Under the pieces are notes generated by a model. The model ran no database searches, was not told the DNA's origin, and saw nothing but the letters and a program-made list of their open reading frames with translations. A stretch of 64,000 nt of DNA from a virus: positions 1 through 64,000 of the IMG/VR virus record IMGVR_UViG_3300043449_000987; one strand, 5' to 3'. Below, one piece after another: positions 26,937-36,541 of the stretch. The first letter of the stretch is position 1. Each line of letters starts with the position of its first letter. The position numbers were made by a program, and so were the translations under genes.

Positions 26937-27147
26937 CGTTATCTTCTAGTGCTTTTTTTACTCTGATCATATACTCAACAGCAATGATTTTTTCTTCTGA
27001 GTTTAATCTCATAAAGTCTTTTTCGCTTGCTTTTACAGTAAGAAAGTGCTCATTATCAATTAAAGAAACACGAAAATTTTTTGGTGCTCTAATTGAATGA
27101 AATGCCCTTCTCATCTGCTCAGTATACATTATAGTTTTCTTCCCCAA
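26893..27147 (-). CDS. Hypothetical protein
   Basis: ORF in operon; probably starts at MYTEQ. Confidence 0.6.
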   Translation of the reverse strand: MGKKTIMYTEQMRRAFHSIRAPKNFRVSLIDNEHFLTVKASEKDFMRLNSEEKIIAVEYMIRVKKALEDNGAIVLLVREGGADV

Positions 27148-27335
27148 CTAATCATATTCCAACCACGCTCATGTGCATAGTAAATAAAAATTTTAACTAC
27201 CGTCTCCCAAAATGCAATAGCGCCTGATAAGGTGGCGTTTCCTGTTAAAATATACGCAACAATAAATGAAGAAAGTGTCCCCCAAATACGATAACTCATT
27301 GCTTTGACAAAAGATCTAGCCCTTGTTACTGTCAT
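27129..27335 (-). CDS. DUF2061 membrane protein
   Basis: RSFVKAMSYR..YYAHERGW..I.WG. Confidence 0.85.
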   Translation of the reverse strand: MTVTRARSFVKAMSYRIWGTLSSFIVAYILTGNATLSGAIAFWETVVKIFIYYAHERGWNMISWGRKL

Positions 27336-27538
27336 TCTTTGCCCCAACCAACTGAGTTCCAAACTCTTTCATGATAATAATAAGCAACAAAATTAACTGC
27401 ATTTGTTATAACTGTTGCCATGGTAGCCATATTAATATCTTTACTTAAAGCATAAAGAGTCGCAAAGGTTGTTAGTAAAGCAATAACTCGCCATGTCATT
27501 GACTTCACAAATGATCTTTTTTTAGAGACCTTCATCAT
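27332..27538 (-). CDS. DUF2061 membrane protein
   Basis: RSFVKSMTWR..YYYHERVW..V.WG. Confidence 0.85.
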   Translation of the reverse strand: MMKVSKKRSFVKSMTWRVIALLTTFATLYALSKDINMATMATVITNAVNFVAYYYHERVWNSVGWGKE

Positions 27539-27609
27539 CTATCTCCTCTTGAAACCAATCTGAGTACAGTCGTGCTTCTGCATCTGCAATCTTATTATTC
27601 ATAAATAAA

Positions 27610-28371
27610 TCAAAGACCCATTTGCTTACGTTTTTCAGTAGCGCTAATAGCATGAATTTCTGCCCCCAAATCTACTTGTTCAATCTTATACCCAACATCA
27701 CGACCATAGACAATGTTTGTAATGTTAGGAAGTCTTAGTACTAATGCCCCATCCATAAACTCATCTTTAGCGATATAACCTTTAACTTCATCAAAAGTAA
27801 GTGGGTCCTTTTCGCTTGTATTGTATGTATTACGGACTCCTAGTAGTACTTGGTCTGTTCTCTTTCCTGCCTCTTTATAAAGGGCATGGTGGCCCTCATG
27901 CCATGGCTGGTACCTACCTAGCATAAGCGTCGTGGGCGCAGACCAATCATGAAGTTCAAATGTTTGAATAATCATGCTAGATTTTTCATCTGGATTTAAA
28001 TCATGATTTGAAAATTTAAAGTCATAACTATCTGGCTTTTCAAACATCTTATTAGTATCTTCAAATCTTCCTTCTTGAATTGTATCCATCCAAATAAGAA
28101 TGTCTGGCTTACCAAAGGCTGCACGAGTTAGATCAGTTGGACATACAAAATCAACAACTACTGGGGCAACGCCCTGCTTTGCAATAAGTCTGGCCATTTC
28201 TCCCATGCGTCGTGCTTGCTCAAGTCTATCTTCAGGGGTGAACCCAAGATCAGAATTTACTGTTGCACGAACCTCATCCGCATTAAGATGAATAGCGTTA
28301 ATGCGTTCTTTTAATGCCTTTGCTAATTCTGTTTTACCACTTCCTGGTAAACCAATAATTTGAATAATCAT
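27610..28371 (-). CDS. Adenylylsulfate kinase-like domain fused to HxGH nucleotidyltransferase
   Basis: GLPGSGKT, LNADEVR..NSDLGF..EDR (CysC-like); GRYQPWHEGH. Confidence 0.85.
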   Translation of the reverse strand: MIIQIIGLPGSGKTELAKALKERINAIHLNADEVRATVNSDLGFTPEDRLEQARRMGEMARLIAKQGVAPVVVDFVCPTDLTRAAFGKPDILIWMDTIQEGRFEDTNKMFEKPDSYDFKFSNHDLNPDEKSSMIIQTFELHDWSAPTTLMLGRYQPWHEGHHALYKEAGKRTDQVLLGVRNTYNTSEKDPLTFDEVKGYIAKDEFMDGALVLRLPNITNIVYGRDVGYKIEQVDLGAEIHAISATEKRKQMGL

Positions 28372-28589
28372 GATTCTTTCCTCCAATGTAAAAATGATTT
28401 AATATATACTGCTGCATATGCTAAAGCCATTGCTATAAAACCGTATTGGTTTGTTGCCAATGCGTATCCAATCCATAAACATTCATTAATACATAGGATT
28501 AACCAGCCCCAAATGGTTTTGCGACCAACTAAAAAAATTCCTGATACACCTATTGCTGCTAAAAGCCAAGACCAATATTGTTCATTCAT
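28368..28589 (-). CDS. PnuC-like 3-TM membrane protein
   Basis: WSW..GRK.IWGW..NE.LW..Y..QYG..W pattern. Confidence 0.55.
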   Translation of the reverse strand: MNEQYWSWLLAAIGVSGIFLVGRKTIWGWLILCINECLWIGYALATNQYGFIAMALAYAAVYIKSFLHWRKES

Positions 28590-28876
28590 TATTCATTGTC
28601 CGTTGTTAAGTATTGCCATGTTTGACCCCATTTTGTTTTGTCTTTATGCTTGTTGAATTCTCTTGAAATCTCTCCACCTTCAAGGTAAATCCCACCCCAT
28701 ACTCCCCATTCTTTTCCAGTTACACCAATTGCAAAACAGTTTTTGCTAATTGGACACTGAGAGCATAGTTCATCAATTGCTGGCCTGAGCAACTCATCTT
28801 CTTCATATTTTTCAAAGAACAAGTTTGTGTCATAATCTAGGCAGGCAGCCTCGTCTTTCCAAAGATGCTTTGCCAT
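28589..28876 (-). CDS. whiB: WhiB-family Fe-S transcription factor
   Basis: W..AAC..FF..C.QCP...C..GVWGG. Confidence 0.9.
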   Translation of the reverse strand: MAKHLWKDEAACLDYDTNLFFEKYEEDELLRPAIDELCSQCPISKNCFAIGVTGKEWGVWGGIYLEGGEISREFNKHKDKTKWGQTWQYLTTDNE

Positions 28877-28877
28877 A

Positions 28878-29120
28878 TCACTCTACAAACTTATTCGGAA
28901 TATCCCAACCTTGTCTAGACGGAATATAAACTTTTTGCATAACCCATCCACGATCAGTAAATGCACCGAACTTAGATGTTCTTGCTTTATCGGAAGGATA
29001 AGAATGAACCACATTCCATCCGTTCCAAGACAAAGACTTATTAGACTTTACAATTTTTTCCATATGTTCAAGCGTATTAATTATCATTATTACCTCAGTA
29101 TCTATAAATACCAACATCAA
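28878..29120 (-). CDS. Hypothetical protein
   Basis: L.WNGWNVV; true start probably near MIINTL. Confidence 0.55.
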   Translation of the reverse strand: MMLVFIDTEVIMIINTLEHMEKIVKSNKSLSWNGWNVVHSYPSDKARTSKFGAFTDRGWVMQKVYIPSRQGWDIPNKFVE

Positions 29121-29445
29121 TATTTTTGAGTTGGGCGGAACTTACTAACTTTGATACTGATTCTTTTGGTTTAGAAAAGTATGCAAAGTAGTTAATGCTT
29201 TCTAAATTTTCCTCAATCCAACTTGGAGGAACCTTGTAAGACTTTATTCTTTTACCACGAGACTTAAAGCCACGCTCTGATAAATTTGTAAATTCTGAAA
29301 GCATTGAGTTTATTCTTGCAGGTCCAGCACTGTAGATGTATAGACTTGTATCGTCTTCTGACATGCTGGACATAGCGACTCCCATCGCTCTTAGGAAAAC
29401 ATTGTAGTCATCAAAACTACTTGTTCCCTGAATCCCCACTATCAT
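29095..29445 (-). CDS. SLOG/YspA-like protein
   Basis: IVGIQGTSSFDDY. Confidence 0.45.
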   Translation of the reverse strand: MIVGIQGTSSFDDYNVFLRAMGVAMSSMSEDDTSLYIYSAGPARINSMLSEFTNLSERGFKSRGKRIKSYKVPPSWIEENLESINYFAYFSKPKESVSKLVSSAQLKNIDVGIYRY

Positions 29446-29839
29446 CTTTTTTACCTTCCCTTAATTGATCAACTATAAAAAGCACTTTATCTAATTGTAC
29501 CTTATCCATAGACATTGTGTCAACTACAGATGCTGTCTCTTTGTCTACACCGTTTGGTGTTATTTTCCCAGTATATAAAACATTATCCTTGATCCAATAA
29601 GCATCATCATCTACAATAATAACACGAAGATTGGTCTTTTCAAAATGCTTGATTGCCTGAGTTCTAATCCTTTTTTTGATTTTAGAGGTTGGTGGTAATA
29701 GCGGATGTACTAAATGATGTATATGGCTTTGACTATATCTATACATATTTTTTTCATTTTTAGGAACATTTCTAAAAATAATCTTAGAGGCAATAAACAT
29801 TGCTACAAGTGTCATCAAAGAACCAGCGATATATTTCAA
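29417..29839 (-). CDS. Membrane-anchored hypothetical protein
   Basis: N-terminal TM; AYWIKDN. Confidence 0.65.
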   Translation of the reverse strand: MKYIAGSLMTLVAMFIASKIIFRNVPKNEKNMYRYSQSHIHHLVHPLLPPTSKIKKRIRTQAIKHFEKTNLRVIIVDDDAYWIKDNVLYTGKITPNGVDKETASVVDTMSMDKVQLDKVLFIVDQLREGKKDDSGDSGNK

Positions 29840-29863
29840 TTGAAGCCTCCAAATATAAGTATA

Positions 29864-30193
29864 TCAGAGTTCTTCATTCAGTATTCTGATAATTTCCTTC
29901 AAGGTAGACTTTTGCTGTTTATCTAATGCACCTACATCCTCTAAATTTAATGCTTTATCAGTTAAAGTTACAACAGGATCGTCGCTACTAAGGTCAACAT
30001 CTACAAAGCCATGTTCCCATAATGTCATAACATCTGTATAAAAATATGTGAACATATCCTTATGAAGTTCTGGTGCTATATCCTTTAATTTATCTGTAAA
30101 TTTATACAATGGCTCATTATTATCCATATCAATTGCTGCAACTTCAAGTGCACCACTCAAGATTAAATGTTCCATAAACTCATCTTCATTCAA
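29864..30193 (-). CDS. Hypothetical protein (tandem paralog of 30186-30413)
   Basis: EHLIL.GA..EPLY..TDKL...AP. Confidence 0.7.
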   Translation of the reverse strand: MNEDEFMEHLILSGALEVAAIDMDNNEPLYKFTDKLKDIAPELHKDMFTYFYTDVMTLWEHGFVDVDLSSDDPVVTLTDKALNLEDVGALDKQQKSTLKEIIRILNEEL

Positions 30194-30413
30194 GATTAAT
30201 TCTCCATGTCATTATTTTAGGACCTTTATCGATCATCTTATACATATTTTCTCTAAAGGTTTTATTGATATCCTCATACATATCTGGAGCAACTTCCTGA
30301 AGTTTGTCTGTAATATCATACAACGTTTCTCCAGTTTTATTATCAAACCCAGATACCTGTATTGCACCCTGCAAAAGTAGATGCTCTAAAAGTGCTTGTG
30401 TTCTTAGGCTCAT
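30186..30413 (-). CDS. Hypothetical protein (tandem paralog of 29864-30193)
   Basis: EHLLLQGA..ETLY..TDKL..VAP. Confidence 0.65.
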   Translation of the reverse strand: MSLRTQALLEHLLLQGAIQVSGFDNKTGETLYDITDKLQEVAPDMYEDINKTFRENMYKMIDKGPKIMTWRINLE

Positions 30414-30661
30414 TAGTCACCCAAAAAATCAATCAATTCTGCTTTTGTTTTTGCACCGTTCATTCTATTAATTTCAGTCTTATCTTCAATTAAAATAAAT
30501 GTAGGTATGCTTTTAATGCCAAAAGCCTTTACCATTTCTACCTGAGAGTCTGCATCGATAATATTGAAATGATACCCTTCAGATATTAACTCTTGAACAT
30601 ATGGCATAGTTCTTTGACATGGATTACACCATTCTGCAGAAAAATAAAGAACATGTCTCAT
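30413..30661 (-). CDS. Thioredoxin-family protein
   Basis: FSAEWCNPC, IKSIPT. Confidence 0.9.
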   Translation of the reverse strand: MRHVLYFSAEWCNPCQRTMPYVQELISEGYHFNIIDADSQVEMVKAFGIKSIPTFILIEDKTEINRMNGAKTKAELIDFLGD

Positions 30662-31065
30662 TTGCCAGACTTCTTTCTTGCTTTAGCCAATGCATCAAAA
30701 TCCTTGATCTTTGTTTCTCCCATATAACCCCAAGCATATCCATCATTAATCATCTTATCATTCACAGATACCGTATCTCCATCTATATATACCCATCCAA
30801 GAATTCTGCCATATTTTTCTGTAGAGTCTGGAAGTTCTGTTTTAATTACAATACTTTTAGCATCAGAAATGCTATGCTTTAGATATTCTTTAGCCTCAAG
30901 GCCAAGGGCCTTCTCCATCTTGTCTGCAGTACGACTTTCAGGGGTATCAATACCTGCCAAACGGACTCTTTTGGTTAAAGAGATGTCAAACCCTAGATCA
31001 ATATCGACATCTATTGTATCTCCGTCTACAACCTTTAAAACCTTTTTTACATTATAATCGTACAT
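30658..31065 (-). CDS. Thermonuclease (SNase-like)
   Basis: VVDGDT, VRLAGIDTPE, KYGRIL. Confidence 0.9.
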   Translation of the reverse strand: MYDYNVKKVLKVVDGDTIDVDIDLGFDISLTKRVRLAGIDTPESRTADKMEKALGLEAKEYLKHSISDAKSIVIKTELPDSTEKYGRILGWVYIDGDTVSVNDKMINDGYAWGYMGETKIKDFDALAKARKKSGK

Positions 31066-31611
31066 TTACTGCCTCCAGTTGTTATCTTCTTTATATAAAA
31101 CCTTATGGGTTTTAAGTTTATCTATATAGGCATCGTACATTTGCTTTACTCTGCCCTCTATAGAGTCTTGTGTACTATCACCAGTAATACCAATTCTGAT
31201 ATCGTAGTCATTAACTTCTGGCTCTTCCCAATAGTCTAGTCGCTGCATCTCATCTTTGCTATGGTCATCTACATTGTGTACAACTCTTTCAAGATACCCA
31301 GGAATTTTATCAAACTGATCGTGTGGAATTGTATCAACATATACAGAAAAATCTGGAACAACTCTACCAGGCTCAATCCTATACTGCTCCCTTGATTCTG
31401 CTGTAGCAAAATATCCACTTGTCACAATATGACCACGATTATTTCTATCATATGCTTTAGCAATTACACGTAGCCACCTTGCCTGTTGTGGTTGTAGGTG
31501 ACCCATTGGAAGATCTCTACTATCTAAATACCAAGCATCGATCTTGTTTGCAAATGCACGACCAATTTTTTCTCTTGTGTCTACATCCATTCCCATCATC
31601 TGTATAATCAT
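31066..31611 (-). CDS. Degenerate APS-kinase-like protein (P-loop lost)
   Basis: MIIQMMG..A..I.A..L aligns with the 27610 N-terminus, but GSGKT is replaced. Confidence 0.5.
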   Translation of the reverse strand: MIIQMMGMDVDTREKIGRAFANKIDAWYLDSRDLPMGHLQPQQARWLRVIAKAYDRNNRGHIVTSGYFATAESREQYRIEPGRVVPDFSVYVDTIPHDQFDKIPGYLERVVHNVDDHSKDEMQRLDYWEEPEVNDYDIRIGITGDSTQDSIEGRVKQMYDAYIDKLKTHKVLYKEDNNWRQ

Positions 31612-32192
31612 TTATTTTCTCCTTTTGTTAAAAACTCATTTGGAATTATATCAATTACTAAATGAATTCGTTCAAGATTGCTATTGTTTTTAACAGAGTG
31701 TGTTCTTGAATTATTAATTTCCCAACACTCACCCTGCTTCATATTTATTGTGCTTGCATCAACAGTAAAAAATACATTTGGATTTGTGACCAATGGTATA
31801 TGGCATCGTCTTGCTGTAATTAAATATTCACCACGATCTTCATGTGGCGGTATTAAACCATCGTCTTTTAGTTTTAAAACAATTGCTCTGCCCACTCTGC
31901 CGTCATGTTTTTGCTCTAAATCTTTTATGATAGGGTTAAGCACATCTAAAACTCTTTGATCTGTTGTTTTATATTCTGCAACATATCCCTGAGATGCTGT
32001 CCAGTTTAATGGAAAATCAACATAAATATATGATTGTGTATATTTATGAGTTGGGATTGTTTCTTGTCTACTTGTATCAATTAGCCATTCGTTATCATAG
32101 GACAGCACAATATCTTTTAGTTTTGATACATCGTATTCTCCCCAAAACTTAAAGTTAAACTCTTCTTTAGTTTTTACTGTCCAATTTCTCAT
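31608..32192 (-). CDS. Aspartyl/asparaginyl beta-hydroxylase-like oxygenase
   Basis: IPPHED, RCHIPL.TN, G.CWEINN...HSV.N....RIHLVID. Confidence 0.85.
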   Translation of the reverse strand: MRNWTVKTKEEFNFKFWGEYDVSKLKDIVLSYDNEWLIDTSRQETIPTHKYTQSYIYVDFPLNWTASQGYVAEYKTTDQRVLDVLNPIIKDLEQKHDGRVGRAIVLKLKDDGLIPPHEDRGEYLITARRCHIPLVTNPNVFFTVDASTINMKQGECWEINNSRTHSVKNNSNLERIHLVIDIIPNEFLTKGENK

Positions 32193-32444
32193 TTAATCTT
32201 CCTCGTAAACTTCAGGCTGTGGCAATAACTTATCTCTTTCATCTAAAATAGTTATTGCAAACTTCATCATTTTATCATATCCTACCGCATTGTCCATCAC
32301 ATTATTGTAATGATGCCCACAAAACATAAGTTCTCCAGATAACCCAGTTACTCTAACTAAAGCCTCTGCGCTGCATCTATCGCATCTATCTTGAGCCGTT
32401 AAAATCCATTGTGCAGCAGGCTTAGTTTCTATCATAGTACTCAT
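32193..32444 (-). CDS. Actinobacterial-type zinc-finger protein
   Basis: LTAQDRCDRC.A.A....GELMFCGHH. Confidence 0.7.
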   Translation of the reverse strand: MSTMIETKPAAQWILTAQDRCDRCSAEALVRVTGLSGELMFCGHHYNNVMDNAVGYDKMMKFAITILDERDKLLPQPEVYEED

Positions 32445-32514
32445 ATTATACCCTCTTCTAATAAAATACGGATGACCATCAGCCGTAGGGTGTGCATTTT
32501 TATTTTTAAGTGTG

Positions 32515-32700
32515 TTATTTTTTTCTATTATCTGTAGAATAAAATCCACTGCCATTAAATAATGCACCTACATTAGAGTATACACGATTTAGTGGTACAT
32601 TGCAAGTGTCACACATGTAGCCAGGATCATTTTCAGTTATTGATCTGACCTTAACAAAATCTTCCTTGCATTCAGGACAATTATATTCGTATACTGCCAC
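32515..32700 (-). CDS. FmdB-family zinc ribbon
   Basis: YEY.C..C...C..C...F.GSGFYSTD. Confidence 0.85.
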   Translation of the reverse strand: MAVYEYNCPECKEDFVKVRSITENDPGYMCDTCNVPLNRVYSNVGALFNGSGFYSTDNRKK

Positions 32701-32806
32701 TACTTCTTTTTCTTTTCTTTAACATACCAAACAGGTAGTTTCAGTTCATCCCCAGACCATTCATACCCAAGTGCCTTAACAACAAACTTAATAATCTTGA
32801 TTCTCA

Positions 32807-33007
32807 TTATTTAATACCCTTTCCAAACTTAGCCCAAACTCTTTCATGTAGAAAATATCCAAGGGCTTCCCAAGCAATATACAGAAGAGCACCAAGACTT
32901 GCATACTCCCATTCGCCAGTAAATAAATAAATTACACCAGCAACACCAACTAGGTGGAATGTTTCCCAACTAAATGTTTTAAGTAATGTTCTTCTTGTTG
33001 ATTCCAT
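32807..33007 (-). CDS. DUF2061 membrane protein
   Basis: RTLLKTFSW..YFLHERVW. Confidence 0.75.
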   Translation of the reverse strand: MESTRRTLLKTFSWETFHLVGVAGVIYLFTGEWEYASLGALLYIAWEALGYFLHERVWAKFGKGIK

Positions 33008-33795
33008 TATGCACCCAACACTTTCTTGTATGTTGTAATATCTACCACACCATTAACTGGTAACTTGTTTTTCTTTTGAAAATCTTTAACAGCCTTATCT
33101 GTTGCTGGACCAAATTCTCCATCTGCTGCTAATCCTAATGCCTCTTGGATCTTCTTTACCGATGATCCCTTAGCACCAATCTTAAATGGCTTAAACTCTT
33201 TCTTTGCTGCAGGTGCAGCAGGAGCAGGCTTTGCTGGTGCATCAGATGATCCAACCTTAGACAATAGTGGAACATTTTCTTCACCAACATAAACTGGACG
33301 ACCCCAACCAACAATTGCATTCATCAACTTTGGCTTATTATTCTTTACATATGCACGAGTTTTCTCTACACACATGCCACCATTGCGCTGGTCTCCCTTT
33401 GCAGTTCCTGAAGTATTTCCTTCAATAACTTGAATTGTTCCGTCTCCATTATTCTTAATGCAAAGACCAACATGTGAAATTCTATTGACACCATCATCTG
33501 GAAAATCAAAATAGATCCAGTCTCCAGGAGTTGGATCATCATTACGAGCATCTGCCCAACGATCATTCTTCTTAAACCAGTCAGAGGCTGCTATTGTTGC
33601 TGCGCTCTTTGGATACTTCTTTGGATCTAGCCCTGCAGTAAATGCACACCATGAAACAAACGACTGGCACCATGGAAGAAAGTTTGCTCCTGTCCACTTA
33701 CCATACTTTGTCTCGTTATCTTTTGGACCTTCAATAGTTCCAACTTCTTTCTTTGCAACCTCAATGATTGCTTCTACCGAACCTTTTATTGCCAC
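33007..33795 (-). CDS. Endolysin: CHAP domain + peptidoglycan-binding domain
   Basis: PWCQSFVSW, PGD, HVG, IEGNT; C-terminal VK.IQ.ALG..ADG.FG..T..AV..FQ. Confidence 0.9.
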   Translation of the reverse strand: MAIKGSVEAIIEVAKKEVGTIEGPKDNETKYGKWTGANFLPWCQSFVSWCAFTAGLDPKKYPKSAATIAASDWFKKNDRWADARNDDPTPGDWIYFDFPDDGVNRISHVGLCIKNNGDGTIQVIEGNTSGTAKGDQRNGGMCVEKTRAYVKNNKPKLMNAIVGWGRPVYVGEENVPLLSKVGSSDAPAKPAPAAPAAKKEFKPFKIGAKGSSVKKIQEALGLAADGEFGPATDKAVKDFQKKNKLPVNGVVDITTYKKVLGA

Positions 33796-33831
33796 GTTAT
33801 CCTCCTATGGATTTATATATATTATACCACT

Positions 33832-35265
33832 TTAACGTATAATTGTAAAGTTATATGTTTTTTCCCACTCTACAATGTCATTTTCGTCATTTAGCAGTGG
33901 CTGCCCTTTAATATTTAAACTGGTATTCAATAGGACTGGAACTCCAGTTTCTAAATAGAACTTATTTAATACCCTCCATAAGCCACGATGTTGATCTCTA
34001 TTGACTGTCTGTACTCTTGATGTGCCATCAGCATGGACGACAGATGGAATTTTATCTGGCTGCAAACATTTAACCGTGTATTGCATATATGGTGAAGCAA
34101 AGTTCATGTCAAACCACTTTGATGCATGCTCCTCCATGACTACTGGAGCAAATGGCCTAAACAATTCTCTCTTTTTAATTAGATTTACTTTATCCTTAAT
34201 GTTTGGATCTCTTGGATCTGCTAAAATACTTCTATTGCCCAATGCTCTTGGACCATATTCTGCCCTACCTGTTGCTACTGCTACCACTTTATCTTTGTTA
34301 ATTCCTTCAATGATTTTGTCTACTGGGTATTCTCCACCAAGGTCGTATCCAAGATATGGGGTTTCCCATTTTATATGTTGACCATAAAGTGCTGCTGCTG
34401 CCCCTAAAGAACTTCCAGCGTCTCCAGGATTTGGCATAATCCATACATCTTTAAATAATTTCCAGAGCATTGTGTTTGCAGATGAGTTTAATGCACATCC
34501 ACCCATAAACACTAGATTTCTTTTTCCTGTTAGTGTTTTTGCTGAGTTCATAAATTCTGCCAAACGCAGTTCATAGACAAACTGTACTGCAGCAGCAATA
34601 TCAAAACGTGATTGTTCATCTAGGACTTCATCCCAGTCATGAATACCTCTATGAAAGTTATATTTTTGTTTAGTTATATTTGGAAAATAATCATTTACTT
34701 TTCTATAGTATCTATCTTTATCTCCATATGCAGCCATACCCATCATAATATATTCTTCTTGGTTTGGCATAAGACCAATTAGTTGTGTGAAAGCAGAATA
34801 AAACAGTCCGAAACTAAACGGATAGTTTTGTTTTTGAATAAGTTTAATATTATTATCTACGCCTGTCCAAATTGTTGAAGTATTAAATTCACCTATGGCA
34901 TCAAGAACAACAATAACTGCGTTATCAAACGGGCTTGTATAGTACCCTGCTGCTGCATGAGAATAATGATGTCCAAAGTTTGTTCTTGGAATGCGATCTA
35001 AATCTGTACTTTCAAACCATGGCCTATCACCACCAAAACCACCCCTTGTTTTTACTCTTAACCTTTTTAATAATGGTTTTTCGTAATAAGCAATTTTATC
35101 TGGAGTGCCGTACTGTAATGCATCTTTAATTAATTCGTGATTAGTAAACCAGTCATTCTTTTCTTTGCTATATCTTTCAGCATGTCCAGCAAAAAGAATT
35201 CGACCATTCTCAATTAACGATACGGACGCATCGTGTGTTGTTTCGTTAATTCCGAGTATTCTCAT
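33832..35265 (-). CDS. NodU/CmcH-family carbamoyltransferase
   Basis: HDAS, ERYS..KND, HH.SHAA, GGCALN, GDAG, EYGPRALGNRS, FRPFAP, LLNTSLN. Confidence 0.95.
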   Translation of the reverse strand: MRILGINETTHDASVSLIENGRILFAGHAERYSKEKNDWFTNHELIKDALQYGTPDKIAYYEKPLLKRLRVKTRGGFGGDRPWFESTDLDRIPRTNFGHHYSHAAAGYYTSPFDNAVIVVLDAIGEFNTSTIWTGVDNNIKLIQKQNYPFSFGLFYSAFTQLIGLMPNQEEYIMMGMAAYGDKDRYYRKVNDYFPNITKQKYNFHRGIHDWDEVLDEQSRFDIAAAVQFVYELRLAEFMNSAKTLTGKRNLVFMGGCALNSSANTMLWKLFKDVWIMPNPGDAGSSLGAAAALYGQHIKWETPYLGYDLGGEYPVDKIIEGINKDKVVAVATGRAEYGPRALGNRSILADPRDPNIKDKVNLIKKRELFRPFAPVVMEEHASKWFDMNFASPYMQYTVKCLQPDKIPSVVHADGTSRVQTVNRDQHRGLWRVLNKFYLETGVPVLLNTSLNIKGQPLLNDENDIVEWEKTYNFTIIR

Positions 35266-35268
35266 TGC

Positions 35269-35931
35269 TTACTCTTCGCCCGTTGAATTTCTCATATCTT
35301 GTAATGGAATATTGTGATACCAGTTTGGCAAAGCATATCTTGGTCCCTTTGTAACTGGAGCAACTTCATGCACATATAAAAAGTTTGATGGGAAAAACAA
35401 TACGCTTCCTGGTTCTGGCTTTAAGGTAATGTTTGATTGTCTAAAAGTAATTTCTCCACCCTCATAATCATCATTGAGGTATAGCAATACAGATAAAACA
35501 CGACTACTAACACCCTGATCTTGATGTGCTGGCAAATATCCAGCCTTATCATATCGAAGAAGATGCATGGTGTGTTCTCTTGATTTAATATTATTTTCCG
35601 CAAAAGGATACAATTCTTTAGTGTAGTGACTTAATGTTAGGTCTAATGCACCAAACAATTCAGAAGAAATAAACCGTTGCTCATTATAGTAGATATCATG
35701 GTTACTTATATGTTTTACCTGTGGAATAAACTTTTGTAAGCAGAACAATTCTTTATTTCCGCTTTCATTTTTCCACTCAATCCATGGCTTTACACTTGTT
35801 TGCCATTCTGCTGGCTTATCTAGTTGATATCTATCTTCTAAATCTTCAATAGCCTTAATTAATTTATCTGGTTCTTGAACAATATTTTTATAATAAACAA
35901 GTCCCAGATCTAATATTTCATAATTAATCAC
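35269..35931 (-). CDS. P4H-like 2OG-Fe(II) oxygenase (family B)
   Basis: HQD, YLNDDYEGGE, HEV.PV..G.RY. Confidence 0.9.
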   Translation of the reverse strand: MINYEILDLGLVYYKNIVQEPDKLIKAIEDLEDRYQLDKPAEWQTSVKPWIEWKNESGNKELFCLQKFIPQVKHISNHDIYYNEQRFISSELFGALDLTLSHYTKELYPFAENNIKSREHTMHLLRYDKAGYLPAHQDQGVSSRVLSVLLYLNDDYEGGEITFRQSNITLKPEPGSVLFFPSNFLYVHEVAPVTKGPRYALPNWYHNIPLQDMRNSTGEE

Positions 35932-36517
35932 GATTTAAGTAATAGTCCTTTGCTTTCCACTTATTAAGACCAGGGTGAAAATCTGGATCTGCATGTTGTG
36001 GAATACTTGTATGCATAAACAATCCAGTATACCTATCACCACGAGTAACTCTTGTTATTCCATGTATATATTCTGTACCTGCGCCAGGGAAAAATACAGC
36101 AGAGTATTGCTTTGGTTGATATTCAAATTCTTGATTTGGGAAAAAGATTTTACCACCATCATATTCTGATTCATGGTTGAGATACATAATTGTGCTAAAC
36201 TCAATCCACGGCTCTGGTCCTTGTGCGTCAATGTGTAGGTCTCCCTTTGTGCCCGTTGCCCAATGAGACCCAAATGCTTTAAAGACATATATATCATTTT
36301 TAAAACCGTTTAATGCACGATGCATCTCATTAGACTTATGACCGTATCTATTTAAAATTTCTAAAACTCTTTTATTATATGGTAAAGATGTTCCACCATA
36401 TCTGTCTTTATAGTATGATGGATATGGGTTTACTTCGGATGGGTTGTGTTGCTCATCTATGAGAATTGCTGCATCTTCTGGTGTTATAAAGTTTTCTACT
36501 ACTGTTATTCTGTGCAT
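35924..36517 (-). CDS. P4H-like 2OG-Fe(II) oxygenase (family B)
   Basis: HID, YLN...DGG, HGIT.V..GDRY. Confidence 0.85.
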   Translation of the reverse strand: MHRITVVENFITPEDAAILIDEQHNPSEVNPYPSYYKDRYGGTSLPYNKRVLEILNRYGHKSNEMHRALNGFKNDIYVFKAFGSHWATGTKGDLHIDAQGPEPWIEFSTIMYLNHESEYDGGKIFFPNQEFEYQPKQYSAVFFPGAGTEYIHGITRVTRGDRYTGLFMHTSIPQHADPDFHPGLNKWKAKDYYLNRD

Positions 36518-36541
36518 ATTTCCTCCTTATTAATTATACCA

